Assembly (NCBI RefSeq): GCF_009914755.1 | Contig: NC_060937.1 | Strand: one strand, 5' to 3' | Origin: the human T2T-CHM13v2.0 reference genome, Homo sapiens | DNA length: 64,000 bases | Shown: positions 38,854 through 53,710 of the stretch, piece after piece | Position numbering within the stretch: position 1 is the first letter of the stretch | How the letters are laid out: each line of letters opens with the position of its first letter | Translations under genes and position numbers: made by a program | Notes under the pieces: generated by a model | Database searches by the model: none | What the model was told of the DNA's origin: nothing | Seen by the model: only the letters and a program-made list of their open reading frames with translations

Positions 38854-41454
38854 CTATCCAATGGAATATTGCCCTTTAAAAGGAAAGAAATTCTCCAATA
38901 TGCTATAACATGGATGAACCTTATGTTCAGTGAAATAAGTCAGTCACAAAAACACAAGTACTATATGATTCAACTTATATGAAGGAATATGAGTAGTCAA
39001 AATCATAGAGACAGAAAGTAAAAGGGTGGATGCTACAGACTGAGGGGAGGGAGTTATTATTTAATAACTAATTATTATTAAATAATTATTAATTATTTAA
39101 TGGGTATAGGGTTCCAGTTTTATACTATGAAAATAGTTATGGAGATGAATGGTGGTGATATTTGCACATTATGAATGTATTTAATACTGCTAAACTGTAC
39201 ATTTAAAAATGGTTTATATAGTAAATTTTATGTTATATGTACTTTACTTAGAACAATAAAAAATAAGTTGAGCATATTTATGCGAGTTTATTTCTTGAAG
39301 CTTTATTCTGTTCCATTGATCTATGTTTGTTTCTATTCCTTCACCTACACCACACTGTCAAGATTACTGTAGTGTACATGGTCTTAAAATAAAGTAGAGT
39401 GATTCCTTCCAATTTATTCTTTTTCAAAATTGTTTTAGCTATGCTAATTCATTTGTCTTTCCATACGAATTTTAGAATAAACTAGTCTATAACTATAAAA
39501 AAATTCTCACTGGGATTTTGATAGAAACTGCATTAAATCTATAAATCTGTACGGGGAAAACTGACATCTTTATTATGTTGAGTCTTCCAATCTGTGAATA
39601 TGTAAGTCTTTCCATTTATTTAGAGCTTCTTTGATTTCTTTCATCAGCATTTTGTAGTTTTCAGTATACAAATCTTGTACACGTTTTACTTGAAAAATCG
39701 AATAAAGTAATTTTAAGTCATTGATATAGGTGATAAGTATAGAGATATATCTGTAACTTTTTAAATGGGACCAGGTACAAAAAACAAATGATTTGAAATG
39801 GATCTAGGTACCGAAAGCAATGCTGCACATTTTATCTTTCCCCCTGCCCCAGGGCAACAAGAAGGGAAACAAGTGAGAGCTGCCAAGGGTGAGGTTTGAC
39901 AGCACAGGACTCTGGGCAGCCAGATACTCCACAGAGAAGGGAGCCCAGAAGGGGGTGAAGGGTCTGTGAAAGGGATGTAGCGGGGATATCCCAGATGGTC
40001 TTCCCCTACTTCATAGTATTGCCAAGGAACACCCAGGGCCAGTAACAGCTCAGGGGAGGAATAGAGGCTTGTGATCTCTTAAGCAGGAAACCCACAAATC
40101 CTTTAACCAAAAAGACCCTATATGAGATCCCAGTTTCCCACTCAACTATGGAAAGGTGATGCACATAAATTTAAAATTATCCAACAACTAGAAAGAAATT
40201 CAATCATAGAAAGTGTGCTCATCCCAATCTGTTCACCTATCACACCCACTGTGTTAATATGTTCTTCTTAACCATCTCAGAGTACTTCTCCTTGCTGCCA
40301 GAAAATCATGATGGTGAACAAAGACAAAGAGAGAATTTGATTATTTACCATTTTTCCAACTGCAAAGTCAGTAGGGCATGTCTCCCAGTTAAATATATTG
40401 TGGTCCCTTCCATGAGGCATTGAGCCACAGGAGCCAGTATCAGCAAAGGTCATTTTATGTCTTGTAATGTTTGCGAAGATAAAACTGAACTCAAATAGTA
40501 AGAATTTTTGTTTTAAGTTCTCACCTTTCCCATGATGCAACAGAGACAACTATGTCAGAATTCAGAAAAACAAAGATGAAAATGTAATATCCATGAAGAA
40601 TAAGACAAATCAAATTATATCATACCTGAAAGAAACGGAATTTTGTTTTTAAGGCAAACAAGATCCAGCAGATATAATTTTTGGCTCTTTTGCCACATAC
40701 AAATCACTAAGAAGCAATAGCATTTTATTATTGCACAAAACAATTCCTGAAGAGAAGAAAATGATGAGTGGGCATTGTCATGTCAGGCTTTTGTTCAGGC
40801 TTAAGGAATATATTAAGAAACACCAAGGCAAACATCTATCCAAACCTCATTCAAATAGATGGAGCAGACTCCAAGACTAAAAAGTATAAAATAGCACGCA
40901 ATAGAACATTGATCTCCATAAGCATACATTACAAATTTTAATGGAAAGTTATTGAAAATAAATTTACTATACCTATTACTTGAGCCTACTCGAGAGAATT
41001 CAGAACTAATATTAGAGGAAGAAATGGGCACAGCAGCCAGAACATTCCACAGCTGGGCTTTTGGAATGAGGCAGTAGGAAAAAGCTGTGATTTTGTTGAG
41101 TAAAAGGAATGAGCTGGGATCTGGTGTATCCAGAGTCTTTCCTACTCCATATGGGCTTTCTCAAGTCTTGGGGAAGTCACTGTGAAGAAATGCCACTTCC
41201 CAAATGAACATTGTGAATGTCTTGGCAATTCATTTCTGAAGCAAATCTTATCTAAATAAGACATGGGAGAAATGAATGGTGATTTGATCATGGTTGGGGG
41301 GACCACAGGAAGTGGTCTGCAAAGAGAACAGCTGCTGACCAAAGAAAGCAAATGCTCGATAGTACTTGCTCTGGGCCAGTCACAGGTCTCAGTGCTGTAC
41401 AGGTGCCAACCCATTAACCCTGAGGACAATCCCATGAACTAATTATTATCATGA

Positions 41455-41849
<395 letters not shown>

Positions 41850-42999
41850 TGAAAGAGGTTTAATAGAATGCTACACATCAGGCAGGGAATAGAAAAATTG
41901 GTGCTAAGTCCTTCCACTTTCCATAGCAAGTGCCACAACAATGTCCCATGTATTAGACTTGCAAGATGGTCCTCATCACTGCCATCAAGACTAGAAGACT
42001 CCCGTGGTATTAACTTGTCACAAAGACCTAAAGAAAGGCATGCAATCACTGAGGGAGAATTTTTCTGAGGAGAGAAAGAGCCTGGGAGTGGAGACTTGAT
42101 TAAGAGGCACAACAGAATACTGAAGAAACAACAGGCTGAGATTCAGGAAGCTCTGGAACAATCATTTCAACCTGAACCAAAGGGTTAGGTCTGAAAAGTC
42201 TAACAAGAATGTCCAAAGTGTCTCCAAGGGCCCAGGTGAAGTGACCCTGTTAGGCTGGTAATGAACAGAAGAAACAAAAATGATCAGGCCATAGACCAAT
42301 CATGGTATGAAGCCAAGTCCAGTTAACAAAAATATGCTGCATCCCTGTGAGTTACCTTCTTCATGGTTTACTCCTTTGGTAAAATGGCTTTGCCCATTAA
42401 GCACCCAACTAACAGAGTTGTACTGAAGACCATTAGAGGGGCAATGTCTCAGAGAAGCAAAGGGAAAGGAGGCCCTCCCAAGGTCATAGAGGTTAGAGAA
42501 GAGCCCCTAATTCCTTCATACCGCCTGTGGAAGGTACTAGCAAGCACACAACTGGTAGCCTTCTCTTCAGTCTGTTCCATTACAGTGGTTTCCTTCTTCT
42601 CTGCTGTTATGTTTAATAGGAAAATGCAATGTATCCTCTGAAATTTTAGCTTTGAGATTGCACCAGGATCTAACATGTGGTGCTGCGATGTCCTGACCAT
42701 GCCACCCTGGCCAGTTCACCAGGCCAGGCAGGGCTGAGCCTGGAGCTAAAACAGATTGCATACCCAGGCTTCCCCCCAGGGCCCAGGACAGCTGTCATAT
42801 GCCCGTTTCAGGCCACAGAAAGGATGATAAAAAAAAAAATCTGTCTTCTCTCCTCCTTCTCAGAGCCTTTTCTCTGCAAAGCAGTGTTTTTTTCAAAATG
42901 GGATAGCCAGCGCCCTGCCAGGGATAGAGGGCAAAAGTCAGCAGCCAAATGAGTCAACTCCATGGTCCCTTCATGACACCATTCAGTCATGAGAGTGTT

Positions 43000-43700
43000 T
43001 TCCCAGAACTCAGCACCCATCTGGGACCTCTGGCCCCTCACACCTGCTGCTTGTTCTGTGGGACATGTCCTGCCCTCTGCTCTAACCCCCTCCTTCCTTG
43101 GACCTGCCTGATTCCCATTCATCCCATAGGAATTACCTTGGTGACCTTCCTTGGGAAGTCTGTCTGCCTGCCTCAAGGTTACAGGGTAGGCCATTTATAC
43201 ATATGCGGTCCCTCAGCACCTCCTGTTCACTTCACTATAGGATTTATCAAGCTCTATTGCAATTGCTTGTTTACTTTTATTTTCTCTCCTACTAGACTGT
43301 ACACTCCGGAGGAAAGGGACTGTGTCTAGGTCATGGCTGATAACCAGTGCCCAATTCTGGGCCTCAACAAATGCCTTGTGGGATGAGCTCATGCTGGAAC
43401 CTAGCGGGTGTGCAGACTCGTGCATCATTCAGGAGCAGTGTGCTCAAGAACAGTTACTGATGTCAGACAGGCCTGGGCTACAATTCTAGTTCTGCCACTT
43501 AGTAGCTAAGTGTTGTTAGACCAGCCCAAAGCTGAATTCTCTCATTCGTAAAATAACAACCACAACAATGATAATACTTACTAATTTTGTTATGATTGCA
43601 CTACCTACCTCAGGATTTAAATAAGGATTAAGTGAGATATTCTAAGTGCTTAAAATAGACCTTAGCACATTCCAAAGGCTGGGCGACTATTAGCAATACA
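43000..43700 (+). mobile_element. L2 3' fragment followed by a MIR
   Basis: 'ctcctactagactgtacactcc...agggactgtgtct', then 'gtcagacaggcctgggctacaattctagttctgccacttag'. Confidence 0.65.
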
Positions 43701-43964
43701 CCTCTCCTCCCCCGATGCCAGGTTCTTCTGCTAGAGTCCATTTTGAAGAGAAAAAATTATTAGATTTGATGAAAATAAAATGGAATTGTTTTTCAAAGGC
43801 AGATTCCCATCCAGCAGAAGCACTTAAGACAATCATCTTTCACAACGATGAGTAATATCTCTCACGCTGTCATCCAGAATGACTCACAGCATCAGAGGGT
43901 CTCATGTCCAAGGGCGCATTCGAACTGTTTCTTAAGAGTCATTTCTTACTCATCACAAAACTCA

Positions 43965-44046
43965 CCATTAGGTGGCAGCCGAGCCGGGGGCCCTCAGAGA
44001 AAAGAGCGAACTGACCTTTGAAGGCAGAGCCGCTACCAGAGGCCAC
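43965..44046 (+). promoter_or_regulatory. Two candidate CTCF motifs inside an AP-1 motif cluster
   Basis: CCATTAGGTGGCAG (43965-43978) and CTACCAGAGGCCAC (44033-44046), with TGACTCA at 43880 and 44067. Confidence 0.5.
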
Positions 44047-44579
44047 ACCGCTGAGAAGCGAACATCTGACTCATCTGGGGAGTGTTAGCCCAGAAATGAC
44101 AAGGGCTTAATTCAACAACGTGTAAAATATCACATCCCCATGCCCAGAGGAGTACAATAGACCCAGTAAGCCCAAGAGTAATCTCCCCAGAAATAAAAGA
44201 ATTAGGGCTGTTGACAAATGAAGACAAAAGCTTCTAAACCATTTTAGGTGCTTGTAATAAATTTGATCCCAAGATAATTAAGTGATATTGTGAGCAGCCT
44301 CATCTAGTCGTGTGTCTCTCCTGCTTAAAAGCCTTCACTGCCCCACCGGGTTTCTCAATCACTGCCTGTGTGGGTTGCACTGGGGGTAAGACCGGTGTCA
44401 GACTCTACAGGGGAGCATAAAAAAAGAAACATTCAATACACCTCCTATTTTCATAATACAAACTGCAGAGAGTAAAGCTTGATGGACTCTATCTGGTGCT
44501 AATATGCAGATGATAGAGTGAAAAGGCATGGAAAGGACATGGATTTTCAAAAAGGCATCAGAAACATGGGCATACTAAT

Positions 44580-44810
44580 AACAATAATGTTAATTAACAT
44601 GTATTAAGTACCTGATATGCACTGTGCTATCTACCTTACGGGCTTTATCTCATTTAGTCCTTAAAATCAGCCCATGAGGTAGGAATTATTAATATTCCCA
44701 CTTGACAACTAGGGAAACTGAGGCTCAGAGAGATTAAATGATTTGTCTAAAGGCACATAGCTAGAATCCAGAGACAGGATTCAGACCTCAGCAGTCTGAC
44801 ATTGGAGCGA
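44580..44810 (-). mobile_element. MIR
   Basis: 'ggaaactgaggctcagagagattaaatgatttgtctaaaggcacatagctag'. Confidence 0.85.
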
Positions 44811-45747
44811 TCACAAGGACATCCGAGGAGCTTGGCAGGACTCCTGAGTGCTCTGGTATGTTCCTTCCTTTTTGCCTTCACTCCTCCCAACTGGACGCTT
44901 GGTGAGCTAAAGAGCTGCAGAAAAGCAGCTTTCTGGGTTGAGCTGAACATTCCTGAAGCTGAGAGGTTCCACTGAACCAAGAAGAGACCAAAGGATAAAC
45001 AGCACCATCAAACAGGCATTCGTCCCTGGGCCCTCCATGGCTGAGTACCAGCCAAGACTTTCACTATTCCAAGATAGAAGCCTCCACAGATAGAAATTCC
45101 CAGCCTAAACAGGCTTCAGCCCATGGTTATTATTAATAAAATGCAGTCCTCCTTGCCTTGAAAGCTTTGGGAATCTCTCTTCTCCAGCTTTCTTCTTTCA
45201 AGGGCAGGGCCCTGCGTTCCCCACACTCTCTCTTACTCTGAGGCCTGGCACGTGCCTTCTTGGCAGTGTTATCATGGCAGATATGCCTTTTAAACTTAGC
45301 TCAGACATTGCTTCCTTTGCAGAACCACACCGGCCACACTCAGAGTTCCATGTGCTCTCTTCACCCTCAGAGGACTCTGTAAAAGCCAGCACGGAGCACT
45401 TCTCTTACTGTTGTTCACCTATTTGTCAGACTTCAGCACTAGACTATGAGCTCCCTGAGGGCCGGACTCACTCTTGTTCACCTTTAGCTGCTCAGTCCAG
45501 CCCAGTGCCTGGAATGAAAGAGAGGTCCATTTCATGTTTACCAAATGAATGGATTCTGAAATACCCTGTCTGCTCTCTGGTTACGCAGTGCAACACCTTA
45601 GGCCATAAAATTAGTTCCTGCTTAAAAGCAGGAGCAGGCTCTATGCACTCCCAGTTAGAGTCAGAATCTGAGCAGCTATGTTCCAAGGCTAGACAAGAGT
45701 CTGGGACACACTACTACTGAGGCTATTAAAAGGAAGTCTGCGGCCCT

Positions 45748-46036
45748 GGCCCGGCGTGGTGACTCTTGCCCGTGATCCCAGTGCTTTGGGAGGCTGAGGC
45801 AGGAGGATCGCTTGAGGCCAGGAGTTTGAGACCAGCCTAGGCAACAAAGCGAGACACGGTCTCTGAAATTTTTTTTTAATTAGGCAGGCCTGTAGTTCTA
45901 GTTGCTCGAGAGGCCAAGGCAGGAGGATCACTTGAGCCCAGGAGTTTGGGGTTGTAGTGAGCCATGATTGCAGCACTGCACTCCAGCCTGGATAATAGAG
46001 TGAGACCCTGTCTCTTAAAAATAAATAAATAGAAAA
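45748..46036 (+). mobile_element. AluJ (Jo-like)
   Basis: Sense Alu with J-type 'gaggatcgcttgaggccaggagttt'. 13-bp TSD taaaaggaagtct at 45727-45739 and 46037-46049. Confidence 0.92.
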
Positions 46037-46170
46037 TAAAAGGAAGTCTTCAAACATTACCCGTGGGGTTTCCTCAAGAGCCTGTGGGTGCCTGACTCAA
46101 GATCCCTGTTTATAGCAAGGAACCAGGGGAGCAGTCCCTCCAGCCCCTGCCTTGGTGCTTCCTCTGGTTC

Positions 46171-46233
46171 TAATTGTGGGTTTTGCCATTACTTTTAATG
46201 GCAAAACCCACAATTACTTTTGCAGCAACCTAA
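46171..46233. mobile_element. MADE1 (Hsmar1-derived MITE), truncated on the left
   Basis: Palindromic core and an intact right TIR 'aattacttttgcagcaacctaa' followed by TA. Confidence 0.92.
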
Positions 46234-46838
46234 TAGCAAGGGGTTCTTCCCAAGAGGACACCAGGCCACAGCACATTTTATTTTTTTTCACAATGAACTT
46301 TTGGGCTGTTTTCCTTTAGCTGTGCAGCTACAAGGCTAGAGCTTGCATTCACTGTCTTAAGTCCCTTGCAGATACAGGTGCACACATTTTTCAAACTATA
46401 GAGCTGTAGCATTTTCATGTCAACTCAATGTTCACAGTGTCAATTTAGTGCCCTCCTTGGGCACAAAACCACAGCAGTGCTCTTGCTGTTTTGCAAGAAA
46501 TACCTTCTGCAGTCAGCCTCCGCTGAGAGCTGCAGCCCCTGACTTTAGAGCATGCTTCCTGTAAAACTAAAGTGAAATGCATATTTCCAGGTCTTGTCTT
46601 GCCAAAAATTTCAAATATATATTGTCAATATTTTATGCTTACAGTGAAGCAGAGAGAATAATATCACAAAAATCTGTTCTTCTCCACCCAGATTTGTCAC
46701 ATGTGAAAATTTTGCTATATTGTTCCCAGATTCTTTTTTAAAGGGGTAAATCATAGGCACAGTTGATGCCTGCAGTTGGGGGTAGGGAGGGGCCCACAAT
46801 CACATTTCTCTCTCTCTCTTCACTCTATTGAATTTTGA

Positions 46839-48835
<1,997 letters not shown>

Positions 48836-48837
48836 AC

Positions 48838-51123
48838 TGATATGGTTTGGCTGTGTCCCCATTCAAATCTCACCTTGAATTGTAGCTCCCACAATTCCCA
48901 TGTGTTGTGGGAGGGACCCAGTGGGAGATAATTTAATCATGGGGACGGGTCTTTCCCATGCTATTCTCATGATAGTGAATAAGTCTCACTAGATCTGATG
49001 GTTTATAAAGGGGAGTTTCCCTGCACAAGTTTTCTTCTCTTGTCTGTCACCATGTAAGATGTGCCTTTCACCTTCCACCATGTTTGTGAGGCCTCCCTAG
49101 CCATGTGGAACTGTGAGTCCATTAAACCTCTTTTTCCTTATAAATTATCCAGTCTTGGGTATGTCTTTATCAGCAGCATGAAAATGGACTAATACAGTAA
49201 ATTGGTACTAGTAGAGTGGGGCGCTGCTGAAAAGATATCTGAAAATGCAGAAGTGACTTTAGAACTGGGTAACAGGCACAGGTTGGAACAGTTCGGAGGG
49301 CTCAGAAGGAGACAGGAAAACGTGGGAAAGTTTGGAACTCCCTAGAGACTTGTTGAATGGCTTTGACCAAAATGCTGATAATGGTATGGACAATAAAATC
49401 CAGGCTGAGGTGGTCTCAGATGGAAATGAGGAACTTGTTGGGAACTGGAGCAAAGGTGACTCTTGTTATGTTTTAGCAAAGAGACTGGTGGCATTTTGCC
49501 CCTGCTCTAGAGATTTGTGAAACTTTGAACTTGAAAGAGATGATTTAGAATATCTGGCAGAAGAAATTTCTAAGCAGCAAATCATTCAAGAGGTGACTTG
49601 GGTGCTGTTAAAGGCATTCAGTTTTATAAGGGAAGCAGAGCATAAAAGTTCAGAAAATTTGCAGCCTGACAATGGATAGAAAGGAAAATCCCATTTTCTG
49701 AGGAGAAATTCAAGCCGGCTACAGAAATTTGCATAAGTAATGAAGAGCCAAATGTTAATCCCCAAGACAATGGGGAAAATGTCCTCAGGTCTTCACAGCA
49801 GCCCCTCCCATCACAGATCCTGGAGCCTAGGAGGAAAAAATGGTTTTGTGGGCCAGACCCAGGGTCCCTCTGCTGTGTGCAGTCTAGGGACTTGGTACCC
49901 TGTGTCCCAGTTGCTCCAGCTGTGACTAAAAGGGGCCAAGGTACAACTCAGGCTGTGGCTTCAGAGGGTGCAAGCCCCAAGCCTTGGCAGCTTCACATTG
50001 TGTTGAGCTTGCAGGTGCATGGAAGTCAAGAATTGAGGTTTGGGAACCTCCACGTAGATTTCAGAGGATTTATGGAAATGCTTTGATGTTCAGGCAGAAG
50101 TGTGCTTCAGGGGTGGGGTGCTCATAGAGAGCCCCTGTTAAGGCAGTGTGGAAGGGAAATGTGGGATTGAAGCTCCCACACAGAGTTCCCACTGGGGCAC
50201 TGCCTTAGTGGAGCTGTGAGAAGAGGGCCACTGTCCTCCAGACCCCAGAAAGGTAGCTCCACCAACAGCTTGCACCATGCACCTCGAAAAGCCACAGACA
50301 CTCAATGCCAGCCCATGAAAGCAGCCAGGAGGGAGGCTGTACCCTGCAAACCCACAGGAATGGAACTGCCCAAGACCATAGGAACCCACCTCTTGCATCA
50401 GTGTGACCTGGAAGTGAGACATGGAGTCAAAGGAGATCATTTTGGAGCTTTAAGATTTGACTGCCCTTCTGTATTTTGGACTTGCATGGGACCAGTAACC
50501 CCATTGTTTTGGCCAATTTTTCCCATTTGGAATGGCTATATTTACCCAATGTCTGTACCCCCATTGTATCTAGGAAGTAGCTAACTTGCTTTTGATTTTA
50601 CAGGCTTATAGGCAGAAAGGACTTGCCTTGTCTAAGATGAGACTTTGGACTGTGGATTTTTGAGTTAATGCTGAAATGAGTTAAGACTTTGGGGGACTGT
50701 TGAGAAAGCATGATTTGTTTTGAAATGTAAGGACATGAGATTTGGGAGGGGCCAGGAGCAGAATGACATAGTTTGGCTGTGTCCCCACCCAAATCTCAAC
50801 TTGAATTATAACTCCCATAATTCCCACGTGTTGTGGGAGGTACCCAGTGGGAGGTTATTGAATCATGGGGGCAGATCTTTCCCATGCTGTTCTCATGATA
50901 GTGAATAAATCTCATGAGATCTGATGGTTTTATAAAGGGGAGTTTCCCTGCACACATTCTCTTCTCTTGTTTGCCACCATGTGAGATGTGCCTTTCACCT
51001 TCCACCATGATTGTGATGACTTCCCAGCCATGTGGAACTGTGAGTCCATTAAACCTCTTTTTCGTTGTAAATTATCCAGTCTTGAGTATGTCCTTCTCAG
51101 CAGCATGAAAATGAACTAATACA
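48838..51123 (+). mobile_element. Full-length THE1 (THE1C-like) MaLR: LTR 48838-49196, internal 49197-50763, LTR 50764-51123
   Basis: Two homologous LTRs (tga...aataca) around a THE1 internal region, a purine tract before the 3' LTR, and TSD ttcac/ctcac. Confidence 0.95.
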
Positions 51124-52329
51124 CTCACCAACACTTTTGGGGGAAAAATTCCACTGATTTATTTATCTATCCCTCAGCCAATATCACATTTTCTTAGATT
51201 AGATGCATCTTTGCAAGAAGTGTTGTTATCTGGCAAGGCAGGTCTCTTTTTCCTGCTGGTTTCAAGAGGAGTATGAGAGATGTGTGGGACAGAGCCAGCC
51301 CTCCTCAGCTGACTTCTGCCTCCCAGTTGCACATGTACACTAGCTAAATAAATTCTTATTGATGAGTACTACTGAGATTTTTGTAGTTGTTTCCTATGTA
51401 GCATTATAAAGATATTGTGCAGATTAAATGACCATGTCCCTGTGAAGTGCTTGGTAGAAAGCAAGTACTCTACATAGGCAAGCTATTATTGCAATTTTAG
51501 TTAATGGCAGTTAATGAGCTGAGTCATTCAAGTGGGAGACCTGGGGCTCATCATTGATTTCTATATTATCCTTCCATATGCAGTCACCAAGCCCACTGAT
51601 TCTGCTTCCTTGATATTTCTTACTCCTGTTATTTCTCCCTGTCCCTGCTGCCCATGCCTGGGCTCAGGTCCTCTTCAGTGCTCATCTGGATTACTGGCCT
51701 CCTGGCAGTACTCCTGTTCTCTTCTGATTCTTTCTCCATGGTATTGCCAGAATGAAATTTCTAAAATAAATGTGATTGTGACAGTCCTCATTGCCCTTAG
51801 AAAAACACAGTGATTTGTTAATATATTTGTCTTTCTTGCCCCCCTTCCCCCACCACAGCTCACCTCTCCAGCCTTGAGCTTGGTTTCTCAGCATCCTCTT
51901 TGTTCTAATCACACTCAACTATCCACTATTTCCATGAACCATGTTTCTACTTTCCTCACTCCTTCTCCCCAGACACTGCTGCCCCTTCCATCAGACACAC
52001 ACACACGTCAGTATAGTCTTAGGAGTACAAAAAAATTGTTTAAATTAAATCCCAGGTATCCCACTTGCTAGCTGTGTGTCTTTGGTAAACTATTTAACAT
52101 CTTGTGCCTCTGTTTCCTGATCTGTAAAATGGGATAATCCCAGTATCACTTATAGCTGCTGCAAACATGTAAGATAATTCATGCATAGCACAAGGTGCAT
52201 GATGGACAGTCTCTGTTAATATTACTTCTAGTATTGGTTTCTCATTTTCATTATTTGATGATAGCTGCAGTGGTTCTCTCATGTTGGTTGTGTCTCTAGC
52301 ATACTTATCACTTTGTTTCTTAATAGTAT

Positions 52330-52750
52330 CTTAAATCCTAGGCATGTGGTTTGGGTTGGATTGACTCCACACCAGCTCTGAGAATGAGTCCCAATTGACT
52401 TAAACCCACCATAGTATCCCATCCCCATAGCCAAGTCAGACCAATGAGAGACAATAGTTTTGATTTCATTGGTTCTGTTTGCATCATTGGCAAGTAGACT
52501 CTTTCCCTGAAGGTCATGATCAAGAATATTTGCAGCCCACAGATTGCCAGTGTAGGACCATAAGTGAAACAATTCTGTGGAGGTCACAGTGGAGGCTGGA
52601 GTGGATCTGATCCTTGGTGACATGCTTGAGCTGATGGCTCAAGCCTTACCTAAAGCTAGACCAGTATCTTAACTTCTTATGAACCTATCCATTTCCTCTA
52701 TTATTTAGAGTTTAGGTTTTCTGTTATTTGTAACATACAGTCTAACACAC
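52330..52750 (+). mobile_element. Ancient MLT1 (J/K-like) LTR fragment
   Basis: 'atgagtcccaattgacttaaaccc...cttgagctgatggctcaagccttacctaaagctagac'. Confidence 0.55.
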
Positions 52751-52835
52751 AGGATCTGAAAGTGGATTCTTGAGCACCCCCTCTTCTTCAGGTCATATTG
52801 TTCTAAGTGAAGCCGGCTCTAAGATTGTTACCTAT

Positions 52836-53285
52836 TATAGTGGGTTGAATATTGTTCACCAAAAGATACGTCCATCCAAAACCTGTGAATATGACCTTCT
52901 TTGGAAAAAAGGGTCTTTGCAGAGGTAATTAAGTAATTAAGATGAGATCATATGGAATTAACCAGATGAACCCTAAATCCAATGATGAATGTCCTATAAG
53001 AGACAGAAGAGGTTAAGACATGGATGAGAAGAGAGGAATTCTGTATGAAAATGGAGGCAGATATTATAGTTATGCAGCCATGTCCCATGGAACGCCTGCA
53101 GCCTCCAAAAGATGCAAGAGATGGAAGGAAAGTTTCTCCACCAGGGCCTCTGGAGAGAGTGTGGCCTGAAGGACACTTTGATTTTTGGACTTCTAGCTTC
53201 CAGAACTGTGATAGAATAAATTTCTGTTGTTTTAAGCCACTAAGTTTGTGGTAATTTTTTATAGAAACCCTAGGAAACAAATACA
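52836..53285 (+). mobile_element. MLT1B/C-type LTR
   Basis: 'acctgtgaatatgaccttctttggaaaaaagggtctttgcag...ggaaacaaataca'. Confidence 0.88.
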
Positions 53286-53710
53286 CTTGTCTTAGGCTGG
53301 CAATTTGCATATGTAGAACTGCCAGGACAAGGGGACTCTCATCTCCACGGACTTCTATCCTACGTAGGAGAAGTTGCCTGAGTGCATTTCTTCAAAGCCA
53401 CCTTCACTATGGTTCTTCTCTCCATATCTATAACATGTGATTAATTTTCATGTCATCAGGTTTTGAAATTCACCTAGGCCCTTTTCTCTCTTTTTCTATC
53501 AAAATTCGCTGGTCCAGGGTGGACATATGTGCCACTTGGCCTGGGACTCTTCCAGTTTGCACCTACTGTCCTAATGCTCTTATTAATAGCCCACTTCTCA
53601 CTATCATAAATGTCCTGATTTGGACAATTAATTCTATGATCACTTCTGTTAATGAATTTGGTCAGCCTCTTGCCAAACTCACTGTGTTTAAGATGTCAGT
53701 CATCACCTTC

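Larger units (their letters stand above)
37438..39258 (+). mobile_element. 5'-truncated L1 (L1MA/MB-type) nested in the opposite orientation
   Basis: Sense ORF2-end and 3' UTR text. TSD aaaaatcagtt (37427-37437) and aaaaataagtt (39259-39269). Confidence 0.85.
35965..39690 (-). mobile_element. Old L1 (L1MB/MC-type), split by a nested sense L1
   Basis: Antisense L1 3' UTR/ORF2 text at 35965-37437 continues in register at 39270-39690. Confidence 0.85.

Noticed and set aside
39700-41350. Unassigned, apparently unique sequence as a possible hidden exon or pseudogene
   Set aside because: No sustained ORF, recognisable peptide or processed-pseudogene hallmarks by eye. A BLAST/Dfam search would be needed to say more.
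49259-51108. Cluster of ORFs suggesting a gene island
   Set aside because: All lie within the THE1 LTRs or internal region and are broken MaLR frames.
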